Shown here: positions 12,601-26,852 of the stretch, one piece after another
Position numbering within the stretch: position 1 is the stretch's first letter
Layout of the letters: every line of letters starts with the position of its first letter
From: Lama guanicoe
Taxonomy: Eukaryota
Direction: 5' to 3'
Assembly (NCBI GenBank): GCA_013239625.1
Contig: MU054220.1
Span: forward strand, 7,103,367-7,167,366
DNA length: 64,000 bases
Program-made: the position numbers and the translations under genes
The notes under the pieces: generated by a model
Told to the model about the DNA's origin: nothing
Seen by the model: the letters and a program-made list of their open reading frames with translations, nothing else
The model's database searches: none

Positions 12601-15600
12601 ACTTTCAGTTAACTTCGAAATTGATGTCTAGGATGACTGCCAGTAATATTATATCACCCCATATGTTTTGCTTAATTACACTATTTCCTGAATTCATTTT
12701 TTGAAGTTAAAATTTTCCTCCACCTCATCATCAAAACATTATGAACACTCTCTGTCACACTGAGATTAGAAGATAAAAACCTCTTTTTAAATTATATCTG
12801 TTTGATACGTTTCCAGAGTTTGGGTAGGGGATGATAAATCATCCTGATTATTTAAATCCATATTATAAATCACAGGATATCTGAATCTTATGGGACATGG
12901 AATTGAGTTTAATCTAAATAGCAAGCCCAATAAAATTCTAGCAAGTTTTAGATGTCTTTCAGGTTTAAAGTATATTTTCAATTTACAGTACATTAAAGCT
13001 CAGGTTACATTTTTCCCTAATGTATTTGTGTTGATTCTATGCATGGTTCATGTCTCAAAACAAGAAAAAAAAATTCTGCTTCTTATTAATACTTGTATAA
13101 TACAGAACACTCATATGCAGTATAACTCAAGTAGAATGCCCTCTAGAGAGCCTTACATTTCCTTTTTATTTTTACATCTTCAGCAAATCATAAATGATCT
13201 TGAGGTCAGTGGAATGAGTTTGCACGCAGATCCTTAAAATTGTGCCAAAAGGCAAACGAAAGATTTACTGACAAAATCATGTCACAGATTTTTTTCTTCA
13301 TTCACCTTACTTCTTTTTTATTACCTAAAAGAAAAGGATAAACACCTAATCCATATCACCAAGCTGTCATAAAAAATTAGATGCCCATTTTCACTAGTGT
13401 GCTTCTCCATTAAATAGTCTATACTTTCTCTAATATTTTGTTTAAATCTGTACCTTCTTATATTTAAAACTTTTTCTAATTCCTCTTACATCCCAACTTT
13501 TTTAGTTTGAGGAATTAAAAGAATGCCCTGAAGGCAGAATAAGGGTAGTTGGAGAGACATAAGCAAATCTCTATGGTAAGCATACAAATAGAAGGGTCAT
13601 ATGTACCAGAGGAACAGAAGTGTTACAATTCTCTAGTGGTCAAATAAAGAGAACAGAGAAGAAAATTATAACATGGATATGCTCAGTCATCCAGGGATTT
13701 CAAAACTAAGATCTCTGAAGGATATTCATCAATAAGGAAAAAAGAATCAGAGTAGAACCAAAAACAATTCTTATGCTATAAGATGGGCAACTCCTACCCA
13801 GACTTTGCTGTGTCTCAGGTCAACCCTGTAGATGATGTGCCAACAAAGAGCTGCTTCCACCAGAACATGAGGTGGGACCCACATTTCTGGGTTCTGTCTA
13901 AGAACAAATAGATGAAATATTTGGGTATAGGTCCCAGAAATCTGTATTTTAATAAGCACATCAAATAATTTTTAAGCAATTGAAAACTTCAAGCAAAAAT
14001 GTTGGAATCCGATTTTTCAAAAACAGCAAAGTTAAGCTGTATCTTCAGGCTTATACACACCTATGTGAACTTTTGAAACCCCAGACAGGCCTTTGGTTAC
14101 TAATCTTGCTTTCTCTACAATGCTAGACTGGGTATGTATTCATTTATTTTTATATTGAACTTCAATTCTCCTTTATACCATCTAGTTAGAAAAAGTAAGA
14201 TACATGAAGAAAAGCGTGAGGTACAGGACCTTTTTACCTAGGAGATACTATGAAGAAACTGAATGGCCCAGCAGTCCTCTGTAACACAGGATTTCACACA
14301 GTCGGGGCCCAAGGGTTACTGATACGCTCACACTGGTCATTTCAAATAAGCAATGCCAAAGGTTAATCGCCAAATATCTGTGCAGAAGAGGTCTCTCTTG
14401 GAGTATAAGGTGTCTGAAAAAAATGAATAAATAAAAGAAGGATTCCCTGACTATACACATTTTAGGCCTTAGAACATATCACTGATGAAAACTATGAAGT
14501 TGCTTTCTTTAAAGATAATTGTGAATTTTATCTATTTATGTCATACCAGTATAGATCTCCAAAAGTGGATGAGAAAAAATAATAATAAAACTCCAAGAGT
14601 TAGATAATTGGTAAAGGCTCAAGATTACCATTGAGACCAGCACAGTAGATGGGAGATATCTTTTTTAAAAAGGAAACAGACAGAGTACAAAACTACATTT
14701 CCCTAATTACGGTTTCATATAATGTGCATACTCCTCTGACTTTCAGTAATAGTAAAACCCATTTGGGAGCACAAAAGAGTGCCAAAATGTAATAAACCAT
14801 CTCTTCCCTCTGCCTCCCCCACTTTCCCCTCGTTTTTCTTCTCCGTGTCTCTCCTAGTCTCTGCCTGCTGTGTATTTCCTGGTCACCTGGTCATGAGCCG
14901 TGAACCACAGAGCTATCTTGTACGTTGTTTGGGGTGGTATGTGAGACTAGATTCAGACAGTGTCAAGAGGGTGACCTTGTAGGTTGGTTGGTCCAGTTGA
15001 GTGTTTTATCTGAGAGTGTCCAAGAAGGCATGAGCAAGAATCTGAAGTCAGCTGTTGACAGACTGTTTAGGAAGGCATCTCTGATGAAGGAAAATGAATG
15101 AGCAACTCTCAGGAGGAGGCTTTATCTCTTACTTTACCAGCTCTTCTGTTCCTAGCCATCTCCAGGCTACTCATTCATCCAAGCCCACTCAAGATAATTC
15201 TTAACTGAAGGTCAATGGCCTGCCCTGTTCTCTTAGGAGGAAAAGGCCATTCTGCCAGGAAGATTCATTGTGTCCATATCCAAGAGCTGTGTTCTTTCTC
15301 TAGCTGACTGGACGCAGGATGACTTGGTTTTCAAACATTTTTATCTTCCATGGTTGTCATGTCCTCAAAACTTCCAGAAGCCTGGAGCAATGGGGTCCTG
15401 AACCACCTTGCCGCTGTCCTTTCACTTTTTTCCATGCATATTCTCAACCCTTCCTGTAGAAGATCACCAACATTTTCTCACATCCATTTTTGTCTCCTCA
15501 ACCCCTCCGTGTTGCCGTACCTTCACCCCTTCCTATACTTCCTTGTCTTACCTATTGCAAAACAATTTACAATACAATTCCATGCTGGGTCTCTGATTCA

Positions 15601-17051
15601 GTCTTTCCTGTCTCCCTAGAGTCATGTGTGAATCTAGATCCTACTGTCATATGTCTGTATAGAAATAACATTTCATTTTAATTTCCCTATGATTTGCCTG
15701 GAGAATCCCTAATCAAATTCCGTAAAGTCCCTCATTTTGGAATCTTTGGTTTGAGGGACAGAAAGCATAGCTCTGAGCTCATGTAATTTCAATTCTTTCT
15801 GACAAGGACAGTGTAGAATTCATTAAAGGGCCATTCCTTCCTGTCATATTAATCAGCATCGCAGTTCTCCTTTCGCTTGGGTTGTGATGTCACTCTTTGG
15901 TCCTTGTTTGTTATCGCTGGAGATTCAGAGTCAATGTTCACCTATTTTGAAATTGAACACCCTGCTGTCCTCTACCATTGTTGTCTTCGTTTTCTCCAGA
16001 GAATTATTGCAGTTTTTTGTTTGTTTGTTTGTTTGTTTTCTTTTGCCTGGCTTAGATTCTGTCTGTTAAATCATTCATTCAAAAGAGAACCAGAGCTGAG
16101 AGATTTGTGATGTAATCAAAGTAAAGTGCATTCTTAATCTGTCAATATTCATTCTCAGTTTCCCCATGGATCTTCAGTCTCTCTTAAGAAAGTCTATTTT
16201 TCTAATCTGGGTTATTTTAAAGCAAAACACTTTTGAATTGGCTGCCTAAATCTATCTAAAATGACTTGTTGTGAAATTACTTCATTCAAGACAAGCACCA
16301 TACATAGGCTATTGTGTGGATGGTGGTAAAACCCCTGTATTAATTACGAAGCTTAAGTTTCCACTTAACCATGGAATATCCCAACCCCAGTTGAACTGGT
16401 TGTGTGTAGCAACTGTGGAGGGCTGTGTAGACTGTCCCTGGATTACATTCTGTCTTTGTGTTATTGTCTTTTTCCTGGCTTTGTCTCATCTCCCTAATAA
16501 GGCTACAGGCTCTCTGAGAGCTTTGTTCTCTTCTGTTACAACCCTTTACCCCTGCCTTTATTTTAATCAATTGCCTAGTGGCTGCAGTGGACTAACTTAT
16601 TGATACCTCCTTTCCTTTCCTGAAAGCTAGGTTCTCCAGGACAACATCAAGGCCTTGGTCCTCTACCCAAGCGTAGGGCAGTCGGCCCAACATTTGTGGG
16701 CACTCAGCAAATTGTTCTTGTCCTGGAATTGTATCGAAGACAAATTATTATTTATTTTTATCTCCCAGTAAAGTATGGTGCATAGTAGGTATTCAACAAA
16801 CAGTATTTTTAATCACTTTGGATTGCTCCTTCTTGGTATATTTTTTCAGGACAATAAATCTAGATGCTACATTTTATTTTTTCTATTTTACTATTTAAAG
16901 GTGGACTTTCAATAAAAATTATAACTAAGCACTTATGATGAGAGCTGCTAGAAACTCATTCTTTAACCTTTTCAAGCAAAAAGGTCCATGTCTTCAAGAG
17001 TGTTCTAGATCACCTGAATGATTTGTGTCTTTAATTTTTTTAACTAATACA

Positions 17052-17162
17052 TTTTTTTAATTTTAATAGACTTTATTTTTTAGGGCAGTTTTAGGTTTAC
17101 AGAAAAAATTTTGTAGATTGGACACAGTTCCTATAAGTTCCCTTCCCTACCACACACACACA

Positions 17163-17196
<34 letters not shown>

Positions 17197-17788
17197 TTTC
17201 CCTATTGTTAATATCCCACCTTAGTGTGATACTTTTTTATGATTGCTGATAATTGTTGAACCAATATTGATACATTATTATTAACTAAAGTTCATAGTTT
17301 ATGTTGGAGTTTACTCTTTGTGCTATAAGTTCTCTGGGTTTTACTAAGTGTATGATGTTGTGTATCCACCATTATAAGGTCTTACAGAATAGTTTCACTG
17401 CCCTAAACACCACCTGTTCTTCTCTCCCCCACCTATTTGTCACCTCCTTCACTTCCGTGAACTGCTGGCAGCCACTGATCTTTTTACTGTCTCTATGGTT
17501 TCATCTTTTCCAGAATGTCATAGATTTGGGAATCACCAACTACATAGTCTTTCTGTGCTGGCTTCTTTCACTTAGCAGTATGCAGTTAATGTTCTTCTGT
17601 GTCTTTATATAGCTTGATAGAGCCTTCCTTTTTATCAGTGGATAGTATTCTGTTATATAGATGTACCGTTTATTTATCCAGTCACCTACTGAAGGACATC
17701 TTGGTTGCTTCCACTTTTGGCCCTTATGAATAAAGCCATTACCTTTGTGGACAGGTTTTTGTGTGGGTAAGTTTTCAACTCATTTAGG
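17052..17788 (-). mobile_element. Old L1 3' end (L1MB/L1MC class) containing a (CA)n tract at 17151-17193
   Basis: 'aatagactttattttttagggcagttttaggtttacag', 'gaaccaatattgatacattattattaactaaag', 'gaaggacatcttggttgcttcca'. Confidence 0.8.
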
Positions 17789-18190
17789 GAATTTTTTTTT
17801 CATTTATTTACCATTTTATTTCTACTCCTGCTAATACACACCAAGTGGTGATGCACTTTGTGATTTCAGATACAGTACTTGTCAATATTTGCGTAGTGAA
17901 CACAAGGAGGTTATGATACTGGGAAAGTCTGTAAACTGTTGTTTGGGTTTTCAGTGGAAATATTGTGCTTCAGTTGGGTAGGTAGGCTCAAAAAAAGGTG
18001 GATTGAGTTCAAATACTGTGTTTTCAACTTCTCACTCCATGATCCTAGAGAAATTGCTGAACTTTGCCTCAATTCCCTCACCTTATCTCAGAATGGGGTG
18101 ATGGTGGTATAGTACACCTTTGTTTCGATGCTTCAATGAGATAGGATGTGTAAGTGCTAAGAGCAGTGCTTGATAACAGTGAGCTGTTCT

Positions 18191-18398
18191 GAAACAGGGT
18201 CCTACTGTACAGCACCAGGAACTAGATTCAATATCTTGTAACAGCCTATAATGAAAAAGAATATGAAAAGGAATACATATATATATATTATATATATATA
18301 TACATATATATATAATATATATATGAAACTAAATCACTATGCTATACAGCAGAAACTAACACAACATTGTAAATTAACTATATTTCAATTAAAAAAAA
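18191..18398 (+). mobile_element. Cetartiodactyl-type L1 3' end (short, 5'-truncated) at the end of a MIR
   Basis: 'ggtcctactgtacagcac...aatgaaaaagaatatgaaaag...(TA)n...cacaacattgtaaattaactatatttcaatt' plus A-tail; degenerate TSD aacagtgagctgttct (18175-18190) / aaaagtgagctatcct (18395-18410). Confidence 0.85.
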
Positions 18399-21300
18399 GT
18401 GAGCTATCCTAATAGGGGTTATTGTGTAAGTGTAGACCTTCTTATGTAGATCAGCTATGCAACTGGAATAAAACTTGAAAAATATCAATCTGCTGAATTT
18501 CAGAAACAAATAAACAAAGCTTGTCACTTGTTCATGCATTCTCAACAACTGTTGATTGAGTGTTACTATGAGCCGGGAATTATGCTGATATGAGATACTG
18601 GGAGGAGAGACAGAATCCCTGCTCTCAAGGAACAAACTTCCCCAAAGAAGCAAGGAGGCCGTTTCCATATAGGGCGAAGGAGGTCTGGGGTCTCATAAGG
18701 AAAAGTGACATTGTCCTCACCACTGGCACAACAAAAGTTCATTTTACATAAGAGCTAATTCGTAGACTCCATGGATTCCCAGCTCTGAGTCTCAACCACT
18801 ACCTTGCTGTGGAAATTTCTGCAGTTTCCTTTTCCTCTCCAAACCTCAATTTAGTTTTGTTTTATTTTTTTAAGCTATGTATTAGACATTTAAGTTACTT
18901 CCTAAGGTAGATGTGATGATTAGATGACATAATTAATCGTTCACATCATGCACAATAAATGCTTAAAAATATTAGCTGTTACTACTATTAATCCATGGGT
19001 TTTCATCAGATAGTTTAGATAAATTTTAGGTTATAAGAAACAACTGATTTCTCAAGTTTCCTGCTCCCAGGGTCCCTAGCCTTAGAGAGATAATTACAAG
19101 TTTAGGATATTTTGAACAACTTGTGAGCCAGGGATCAACAGATCAGAAGTCTATTTTGGATTCAGTTAATTTAGTTTAACACTCAAGATTTAGCTGAATT
19201 CCTTGTTTTATTTAAAGAGACATGCTTGACGCTTCTGTAACTGTCTTGTACAGCTAAACACTGACAGAAGTGTGATGTCTAAATTAATGCCAGCCATACT
19301 AATCAAAGGTTATTTGCTCTACTGTTTAAACAGAGATTATTCATGGCATGAGCTGATGTGTTTTGATTTTTCAACATGTCAGCTATAAGATCAGAGTGGA
19401 TATTTTAGCCTTGTGATAACTCCCTATAAATAGAGGCATACATTATAAATGCTCATTGATGCAATTATAAATTGTCATTTGGCATCCTTAGATCCCGGCA
19501 AAATGTAATGACCCTGAGTTAGAACATTGCACTGGGGGTGACTTCTGTCTCTAACACCCTGTAAGCTACCAGTTCTCGGTGCAAAGAGATCCTATTCCTT
19601 TTTTCTCATCTGATTGTAAGAAACCTTCCTGCTTATCTGCTCGTTTGGAGAGTTGTCCTTGTCCTAACTGTACACGTGCCCCAGCCACTGAGAACGAGGC
19701 TCTGCTGAAATGCTAGGAGGTTGGCATCAGTGAAACAGAGCCGAACAGTGTGGCCCAGTCTGACAGGTTTTATCAGATGATTTTACCCTCTCGTCCTTAG
19801 AAGTCCCCATTTAGGGGGTTAGCAAGGAAGAGGTAGCATGATGATGATGATTACCGACTCCTTGGGCTTCAGGTAAGATATTACTCCACCTCGATTAAAA
19901 ACCCCGTCTCTGTTACTAAAAGGTAAAAGCTTGGACAAGTAAATTAGCTTCTGGATATTTTTAAAAGGGGGTAACAGGAATCCAGAACTATTTTTTGAGG
20001 CATACATGAGATAATATGCACACTTTCAATCCATGGGGCAAGAATCCCCGCTTCCATGAGTTCTTGATCACCAACCCGCCCCCAGTACTCCAAGCATGTT
20101 AGTGTAACGCAGGAGAGGGGTGAGGTGTGGAATGAATGATTCCCTGCTCTCTTCCCAAAGGCAGAGTATGTTTCCTCCATGCCCTAAAGTGTCTCTAGCC
20201 CTCTGCTTTCTGGTGGCCCCTGTAAGTTCTCCCAGCTTAATGTGCCTGCTAGAATGTCTGATTTATCTCCCTTGAATTTCAAAAATCCTCCCACAGTTCC
20301 AAATTCTCCCCTGCATACCTTTGATTTACTAAACAATTAATGGCCCATTCTTTCTTTCTCCTTTCATTCATATCCAGTCATTAGCACCCAAAGTACACCC
20401 AAAGGAAAATTAACACAAACAAACAAACAAAGAAACAAACTGCAGCTCTCCTTGTCTCTTGACCCTGCAATAGCACTAGAATGAATGAACATGTTGAGCA
20501 ACCCTTGGTCACTCAAGAAATGGGGAAAGGCTGAAATCTGGACTTTATGCAGTCTTGTCCTTTGAACTTCAGGAAATCTCTGAGTTTACCCAAAGCCAAA
20601 AATACATAAATGAGGCTTGGTGGCACAAGTGGCAGTCTCCAGCTGATTCAATGTGCGCACTAAATTTATTTGGCCAATTTGCACGATTCTCTAGGATCAA
20701 TTAAGGTTGCCTCCCACCGCCCATCTGGCCCAGTGAGCAGACTGCTATCAGTATGTTAATGAGATGCAGACCGAAGGCGTTGGAATTGGGTACCTGGGTG
20801 TTCCTTGACTGGGCTCCTGTACTCACGCTGTGCTATGTCTCACTCAATTATAAAATTGCCAGTAACTGGCATCAGGCTCGCGGTGAATTCTTTCTTCCAC
20901 AAGGTGTTTAGCGTCTCCTGTGATTCTGAGTGGCACCTGTAGTTTGGGGCAGGGCGATTGGGAAGAGCTGTCTTCAAAGTTTTTGTCCCTCCAAGCATAA
21001 CCTAAATGTCCAGCTTCTTAACCCAGGTAATAATAGCCTTTGTGACTGGCCACATCAGCCCATAACACTTTTATGGTGTACTTATGGGCGCCATGAGTCC
21101 AATAAAAGCAAGGCAATTGAACTTGACATAATTTCTTCTTTAAAAGAGGTGTCACATTTTGAAAGGTCCCAAGGGATTACCAATGGATCAAGAGACAAGT
21201 AGCCTGATACTTCATCCTACGTGGGCCTCCTCTCGCACCCACTTTTCTACATGGGAATGTGTCTAATTGGGGGAAAGTCTCTCTTTTCAAATGAAGGTTA

Positions 21301-22939
21301 AATAAGTCAGCAACACTCAGGCAGAAGCAGGTCGTCTGCAGGCTACTTTTCTTCATGCACATTTTACTATATGTATAAAATCAGATCAAGGGTTGAGGAG
21401 GTTTATTAGGGGATAAAAAATACTTTTATGAGCTGCCATATTTCATCCTTGAGTCAATCATGCTGTAATGAGCACCAAGCACAGGAGGTAAAATGAGATG
21501 GAATGTTTGAGGCGAAAGGAAATCTCGGTGGAAATTAACCTGGCCTCAAAAGAGCCTTTAAAAAACAAAATGCTGCCAACAGCAAGTCAGTCCAACTGCA
21601 GATTTGAAGGTCAGCATTCAAAAAGGACAACAAATGCAAATATCGTACCAACCACTTACAAAGTTACTTTGGTAAAAAGAGAGAATGCAGTCGTTCAACT
21701 TGAACTACTACTGTTGCTGCCAGTAAAATCATGGCCGATTTGCTCCCCCAGACCTTTATCTGACACGTGCCTGGTCCCTTTTGATCCAAATATGATCATA
21801 GCCCTGGGGAGGCTGTCACCTTCATGGAAATAGACGGCTTTAGGTTTTCTTCTATGTCTACAGCAATCACTATGGCCTGGCCCCCTATTAAAGGAGTAAA
21901 TAAGAAGTTAGAAATTAAAACAACATAAGGGGAAAATGAATGAACCCTTTACAAAAAAAAATTGTTTTAATCATTCTGTATCTGTGGATATAGAGTGAAA
22001 GGAACACATGACTGCATCTGTCCTTAGGTCACTGCTTTATAATTCCTGCCAAGGAAGTGCCAGAAGAAAGTGACAAATGTCCCAGGAAATCTGTGGGTAT
22101 CTGAATTAAATTCTTCACCTCTTTTCATGAGTAACTTTATCCGGAAATGGGCATATTTTATTAGCTGAGGTGACATTCAAACCCAGATCAGAAATTTCCT
22201 TCTTTTTTGTATTATTACATAGTTGTATTGCATATGCATTGTAGATCAGTGTATTTAAACTGATACAAAAATAAAAGTGAGGAAAGCTGGGAATGAGAAT
22301 TTTAAAAATGGCCAAGTTTATGCGCTTTTGCTTCTCCATCTCTCCATTTCATCTTGCAGTCAAATGCAAAGTTGTATTTTGAAACAAAACTGATGCAAAT
22401 AACAATATTCAAGATACTCCAGATATTGCTGGGTAATGAAGTGCATCATTATTAATTGCACATTGAATCAAATCAGTGAGTCAACAGACACAGATATATG
22501 GGACCTGATAACATAGAAGAGTTTAATTAACTCCAGTAGAACTTAAGGGCTTTCTAGAATGATTAATCCAAGGAAGCAACCCACATTAGAATTATGTATG
22601 TGGGCTTTCCAATTTAAGAGTAGCTGGTAAGCCCCATCTGGTAAGAGATACTTTGCTATTATTACCACATATTTGTTTACTGCCTTTATACTACAGTTTT
22701 AGTTCAGAGGGCCTAAAGTGTTATCCTGAGACTTTGTCACTTCTGAGATATAAAAATAAAAGTGAGGAAAACTAGAAGAGAGAATAGGAATGAAAAAAAG
22801 GAATACATAATGGAAGGGATAATAGTTGCAAATAATTGCTAATTCAGATTTCCTTTGGAGTACCTATAGTAGCTTGCAGCCTACTAGAAATACTGGTGAG
22901 AGTGGTGGCTGACCTAATGTAACTGAACAAAGTCACTAA

Positions 22940-23140
22940 GTCATTTTGTAGCTGTATCATTTAATCTTCACAACACTCCTGTAAGGTCAGTATTCTTGCC
23001 TCTGCGTTACAGATAAAGAACCAGCCCTGTGAGGATTAATGAAATCAGCCAGAGTCCAATGCTTGTTCAGTGGAAGGGCCGGAATTTGACCCAGGCCAGT
23101 CTGATTCTCAAGCTCAAGAAGTTTCTTTTATATTCTCCCT
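22940..23140 (-). mobile_element. MIR SINE
   Basis: 'catttaatcttcacaacactcctgtaagg...ttacagataaagaa...ccggaatttgacccaggccagtctgattc'. Confidence 0.75.
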
Positions 23141-23967
23141 GCTCCCAACACAGCTGGATTTTTCAAGATATTGTCAAGTGCAAGATCGTCGAAATGCTGA
23201 GAGCATCTTAGGGACCATTTGGATATCCTTATTTACTGCCACCTGGCATAATTCACTCCTGTAGCTTTTCGATTTTCTAAATGTCCCTGAATCTTACTCC
23301 CCCTTGACATAGGTTCAGAATGACTTGAGTTAGACAGATAGGGCTTGCCACCTCCAGTGGGAACTCCCTAAACAGAGGAAGAAGTTTTCTCAGTTTTAAT
23401 CGGAGTTTGATTACTGATTACAGTTCTCCTGAAGATAGTAACTTTTCCCTCAGTGAAAAGAATGAATCATTGTTCTCTTAGATTTCCTTCTCAGAGTCAG
23501 AAGGAAGACGTTTCACACGTCACCACTAAATGGCAAGGATATGCATCCGATGCCCACGTGAGCGTATATTAGAAACTCGTGTCTGTGGGAACCCACCCCT
23601 GCCTCTGAGAATAGCTTTGCGTGTAGTGCTATAAGCATTTATACTGAAGTATTGTTGGACAGATGGTATAATTAAATAAGCTCACTTATCTATAGTATAC
23701 TGCCAATTTTTGGAAATACACCTAATTAATACATAAAGTAATACACAAATGTGCAAAAGAACGTGGCAATAGGTAGGTTTTTTTTTTTTTTAAGATTCTA
23801 TTAACTTTGGGGGCTGTGCCATTAGTGGTTTACTTCTGCTCGGGAATTTCCCGACTTTATTAAAAGGGGCTCAGTGGAAATCTAGTAGGTAGTGAATTGT
23901 TTATAGAAAAATGTAATAAGCCTGTCAAGAGTGGATTTCTAATTTGATTAAAACAATCCCTTGTTAC

Positions 23968-24058
23968 AAAGAAAAGGAAGGAAGGAAGGGAGGAAGGAAG
24001 GGAGGGAGGAAGGAAGGAAGGAAGGAAGGAAGGAAGGAAGGAAGGAAGGAAGGAAGGA

Positions 24059-24105
<47 letters not shown>

Positions 24106-24126
24106 GAAGGAAGGAAGGAAGGGAGA
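23968..24126. repeat. Compound (GGAA)n(GAAA)n(GGAA)n purine-only microsatellite
   Basis: Direct reading: 159 consecutive purines on the + strand. Confidence 0.95.
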
Positions 24127-25633
24127 TTGAGAATCTACCAATAAGATGGTCTGACTCTCGAGAGATCAAAATAGAAGAGCTGAAAGAAAAGATCAAGCAC
24201 AGAAGTCTGTTTCTTCAACAGGTATAAAGCATCTCATGTTAGGAGACTTCCTGCCAGATGGTTTCCTGACAGAGCAGAATAGTGAGAACAATTTGAGTGT
24301 TGGACCCACCAGCCAGGAGGTTGAATCCTGGTTCTGCTCTATGTTAGGCACAGGACCTTGCAAAAACTACTTAAACTGCCTCATAAGACAAGATGAAAAA
24401 GACAGCAACAGGTATAATTCTAGTGATTACCGGTACATTTCAGCTATGGTAATATATAATATGTTTACCAGAAAGAAGCTTCCAGTGAAGTTTGTTTTCT
24501 ACTTGTTTCCTTCCCCTAATTTTGATCCTAAGATTTCCTGTTTCCAGAGCCATCCACTCTGCCTCTCCATTCACACTACAGAGCAAAGATATTCCTAGGA
24601 GATTCCTCTGTTATATAACACAACTTAATTCTAAAAACACGCAATGGCTGAGAACCATTGTGTCTCGATGCTATGGTAGTTTATGTGGGGGCTTCAGTAA
24701 TTTGTTCTCTGAAATTTAGCATAAGAATCAGGAGCTGCTCATGATCACAATGAATCGTTTCTAATCATGTATTTTGAAGCCTGTGTCCCGATGCCCAAAG
24801 GCTGACTTTCTACAGAGAAACTGGATTCGATATGGTGCCTGGCCAATGATATAATGATAATCGCACCAACAGAGAACCATTGACGGCAGAGACATGGCTT
24901 AGTCATCAGCAAATGAGAACAGACTCAAGTTTCCAAGCTCGGAGACGGCAAGCAGCCTACTCCAAATACAGCATATTTCTGTGAGCGCTAGATGATCGGG
25001 TTACACCCCAGAGACTGAAACTTGCTTATCTTCTTTATCTGCTCTCATAAACTGCTCCTTATGACATGAAATTACCCAGCCAATTTTGAATACTAGAGAC
25101 AATATTTATTTGACAAAAATAAGAAGTGCTGAGAATTGATAGCAAGTCTCAGCATGCTGAAATCTCCCTATATTTGCATTAAATGTACTGTTGCGTTAAA
25201 ATTTACCTGTGTGACAGGTGTTCTACAGCAGGATTATGGAACAGAACTTAAAGGCAGGCCCAACTGATTGATGACCAATTTATGATTGTATTGCCCAAAC
25301 CAGTTGTGCCCCTCAGATTGGCCACATTGATTTTTTTTTCCTACTACTTCCTTATCACCAAGACTTTTTAATTTATTTTTTCATTTTAAAACCAGCTTTA
25401 ACTATCCCAGCACATTACTAAGTGATTAATGCTTTCCCCAGCAGAGACTAATTCTTCTCTCAGATCAAATTAATCCATTGATTCCGGCTTGTGGATGTTC
25501 ATTCTCTTAACCATGGGATTGAATGTGTATTATACAGTTGTCGAGAGCCATGGGATACTTAGACAATGCTTGAATGGTTGTCAGGGAAACAATGTGAATA
25601 TCCCTTCTACTGCGATACTGAGCTAAGTGCGCG

Positions 25634-25675
25634 CACACACAGACACACACACACACACACACACACATACACACA
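25634..25675. repeat. (CA)n microsatellite
   Basis: Direct reading. Confidence 0.9.
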
Positions 25676-26669
25676 ATAGCTGTCAATCAGTTTGTAAAAT
25701 ATGTGTCAGGTAGAGACAAGATCTTTTTTTTTTTTCCCCTTCAAGGGCATTACTAATTATGTGTGTGCGGTGTAAGTCTATGCATGTGTATGCGTATGCG
25801 AACACAGGTTTCATTTGCATTAAATTCTCAGCATGTTTTCCATTCACAGTGATTTTTTTTATCTTTTAATGATATTTTTGTACTATAGAGCCCATTGATT
25901 ACAATAAGTTTTCCATGAAGGGTGTAGCAAATACTATTATTGGCTATACTCATTCTGATGTAAAATTAGTAGAGAAACTTACAGATTAAAAGAGCAGGAA
26001 GGGTGACAGATGTTTTGCATGCGTTGTCTCAATTAATCATCCCAACCAGCAACAGCCTTATACTCTATGTCACATTATCTCCACTTACAGGTAAGGAAAC
26101 TAAGTCATAAAAATGAAGCAACTTGTCTATGGATACAAAAATATTAATTAGTCCCAAGTATTAAGAACCAAGTACACAAAAATGAATATTTGTGCCCAGT
26201 TCTTCCTCTGACCCAAGCATTAAACCACTATATTTTACGGCTCTCCTATAGATTCTGGCTCCCCCGTTTTGTTTCCTAACTATTCCCAGTCTATACGTCA
26301 CACTGATCAAAATTTAACTATGAAGTTCTAAAAACCAGACTAAGAGCAAAGGATTCTAAAGCAGAGTCTATAGAACCACAGCCACCAGACTCCACCACAA
26401 TCTATGATTATTATAGATTCTAATTTTCTGATTCCAGTTCCCTCAATCTAGGATGCCTATTTTGCTTTTTCTGAAAAACTTCTACTCTCTCAAGGTTTAA
26501 TTGAAGCATGTCCTCCCCAGTGAAGCCTTTCCTGCTCTGAGAAAATGTGTTCTTTTCCCCTTATGTCTTGCACAAGTCTTCACTGAAACATGAATGTTTT
26601 CACAACTGTTTTTCTTAGAATCCATAAATTCTACAGGGTGTGAGAGGCCACTTGTTAATCTGCACAGAA

Positions 26670-26852
26670 CAGTGGTTCCTGGACTTCAGCACACACCCGA
26701 ATCATCCAGAGTTCTTTAAAACACAGATTGCTGAGCCCTGCCAGCCAGCGATTCTAATCCAGTAAGGCTGAGGTGGAGCCCACAGATTTGCATTTCTAAG
26801 TTCACAGCCGATATGGATGATGCCGGCCTGGACCACAATTTGAGAACTGCTT
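26670..26852 (+). mobile_element. MER5A (hAT-Charlie)
   Basis: 'cagtggttcc...gaatcatccagag...aaaacacagattgctgagccc...gattctaatccagtaaggctgaggtggagccc...tttgcatttctaag...ggaccacaatttgagaac'. Confidence 0.8.

Noticed and set aside
23860..24227. ORFs with KEGR/FLPS repeats
   Set aside because: Translations of the GGAA/GAAA microsatellite.
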